A stretch of DNA of 64,000 nt from a virus, in UHGV virus genome UHGV-0240527, one strand, 5' to 3'. Below the pieces are notes generated by a model, which searched no databases, was not told the DNA's origin, and saw nothing but the letters and a program-made list of their open reading frames with translations. Both the position numbers and the translations under genes were made by a program. Positions 62,777 to 64,000 of the stretch are shown here, piece by piece (positions within the stretch are counted from its first letter, which is position 1; every line of letters starts with the position of its first letter).

Positions 62777-62926
62777 ATGAAACACTCTAAAGCATTTGAA
62801 AAAGTTTTTGGGGATTCCTTAAAAGCCACTGCTGGAAAACCAGCAAAATACTATGAAGAAAAACGTGTAAGAACTGGAAAAACTGCACGTAAAGCAGCTT
62901 CTAAAGATAAGCACAACTTCCAGTAA
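62777..62926 (+). CDS. small basic ORF (49 aa), candidate
   Basis: ATG preceded by GGAG; not in ORF track (below the 60-aa cutoff). Confidence 0.3.
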   Translation: MKHSKAFEKVFGDSLKATAGKPAKYYEEKRVRTGKTARKAASKDKHNFQ

Positions 62927-62998
62927 TTAGTATTTGACAATAGAGTATCAACAAACTAGAATTGGTACTCTTCATAAATTGAGATAGAGGTTTAAATA

Positions 62999-63856
62999 AT
63001 GTCTAAAGTTGTTAAAATGAAAGCTCCGGTAGAGAAGTACAACGGTACTGAACGCCAAACTCTGCGTTACCTGCTGAAAGATGTCTGGTTTTATTACCTG
63101 AACACTTCACCACGTCCGGGAAAAGGTAAATCTATTGATAAGAAATTCCCAGGAAAAGACTGTAACTATAGCGTATCAATTCTGGCAGAAGATGGTAACA
63201 AGCTGTTTAAAGAGTTTACTAAGTCTAAGAAAAACCCAGAAGGTTGGGATAAAGTTACTACTGAAGCGGTTGATGCAGACGACTTCGAAGAGAAGTTTGG
63301 TTGTAAACCACCATTTGAAGCAGACACTTACTACATCTTGAAAGTAAGTCGTGCAGCAGCTTATAAAGATGGTGCTGTATGGACAGCTAAACAGTCATTC
63401 CCTGTAATGCTGATTGAAGAAGTAAATGGTAAGCGTGTAGCTGTTAAGCAGCCGATGAAGAAAATCAAAGCTCAAGCATCTGACAAACATGAAGATGATA
63501 AGAACTATGATGTAATTCATCCAGATATTGCAGTTGGTAACGGTTCTTTTGGTAGTGTGATTCTTTCTACTCACTTCTACACTTTTGAGAACAATGTCTT
63601 GACAAAGCCTATTCAGGAACAGTTTATCATTGATACTCTTGTACCTTACACTGGTGGTAACGGTGCTAACGGTGAACCTGAACTGGATGAAGATGAACTG
63701 GCTATGCTTGGTCTTGATGGTGTCGAAGATAACGGTGAAATCACTGAAGAAGACGCAACAGACCATAAATCTTCGAATGATTCTGATGATGGTGACGATG
63801 AAGACTTGCCAGACCCAGATGACGAAGAAGATGAAGACTTCGATACAGAAGACTAA
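62999..63856 (+). CDS. single-stranded DNA-binding protein (T7 gp2.5-like) with acidic C-terminal tail
   Basis: C-terminal 40 aa almost entirely Asp/Glu ending ..DEDFDTED; location in replication module. Confidence 0.5.
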   Translation: MSKVVKMKAPVEKYNGTERQTLRYLLKDVWFYYLNTSPRPGKGKSIDKKFPGKDCNYSVSILAEDGNKLFKEFTKSKKNPEGWDKVTTEAVDADDFEEKFGCKPPFEADTYYILKVSRAAAYKDGAVWTAKQSFPVMLIEEVNGKRVAVKQPMKKIKAQASDKHEDDKNYDVIHPDIAVGNGSFGSVILSTHFYTFENNVLTKPIQEQFIIDTLVPYTGGNGANGEPELDEDELAMLGLDGVEDNGEITEEDATDHKSSNDSDDGDDEDLPDPDDEEDEDFDTED

Positions 63857-63875
63857 TCTCTAAAAGTTACTTTAA

Positions 63876-63902
63876 AGCCCTGTACTTAGTATGGGGCTTT
63901 TT
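63876..63902 (+). terminator. intrinsic terminator
   Basis: AAGCCCT..GGGGCTT hairpin followed by TTTTT. Confidence 0.5.
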
Positions 63903-63918
63903 CATATGGAGAGCCATA

Positions 63919-64000
63919 ATGGAGAAGTACACATTAACAAAGCTTCCCGATTCAGTTACACATGTCTTTATTGACTCTGATAGTATTGCCTATAAAGGTG
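63919..64000 (+). CDS. hypothetical protein, 5' partial (continues beyond window)
   Basis: ATG with GGAGA RBS; open to the end of the window. Confidence 0.35.
   Translation, partial: MEKYTLTKLPDSVTHVFIDSDSIAYKG

Noticed and set aside
62487-62780. 97-aa ORF overlapping the end of the primase-helicase gene
   Set aside because: Its 5' half overlaps the helicase and a promoter in the intergenic region; only the unlisted 49-aa ORF at 62777-62926 has an RBS.

Overview
This window reads as a contiguous segment of a tailed dsDNA bacteriophage genome (probably virulent; no integrase or repressor module was recognised). All calls are from manual reading of the sequence and the supplied ORF track; no homology search was run, and coordinates of small RNA and regulatory elements are hand-counted and may be off by a few nt. 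Layout: (1) 1-5430, fourteen small plus-strand ORFs, each preceded by one of two families of conserved promoter/hairpin/5'-UTR cassettes; (2) 5490-7095, about 1.6 kb of non-coding DNA packed with short TGTTAAG-type repeats; (3) 7098-15008, a minus-strand operon of mostly unknown genes that includes a GH24 endolysin and an Ig-like-repeat protein; (4) 15258-22960, a vWA-domain protein with Ro60/TROVE-like architecture followed by an array of about 25 tRNA genes plus two tRNA-like elements, an HNH endonuclease and conserved structured spacers; (5) 23087-46999, the structural module (terminase, portal, protease/scaffold, lambda D/E-like head, probable contractile tail, two HxH-motif tail fibers); (6) 47037-50520, minus-strand thymidylate synthase, DHFR and small genes; (7) 50521-52400, a two-gene cassette flanked by conserved repeat modules; (8) 52600-64000, a replication module (ATP-dependent DNA ligase, family A DNA polymerase, dNMP kinase, T7 gp4-like primase-helicase, acidic-tail SSB). 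The most interesting candidates are the Ro60-like protein next to tRNA-like RNA elements, the repeat-dense non-coding block, and the repeat-flanked cassette.
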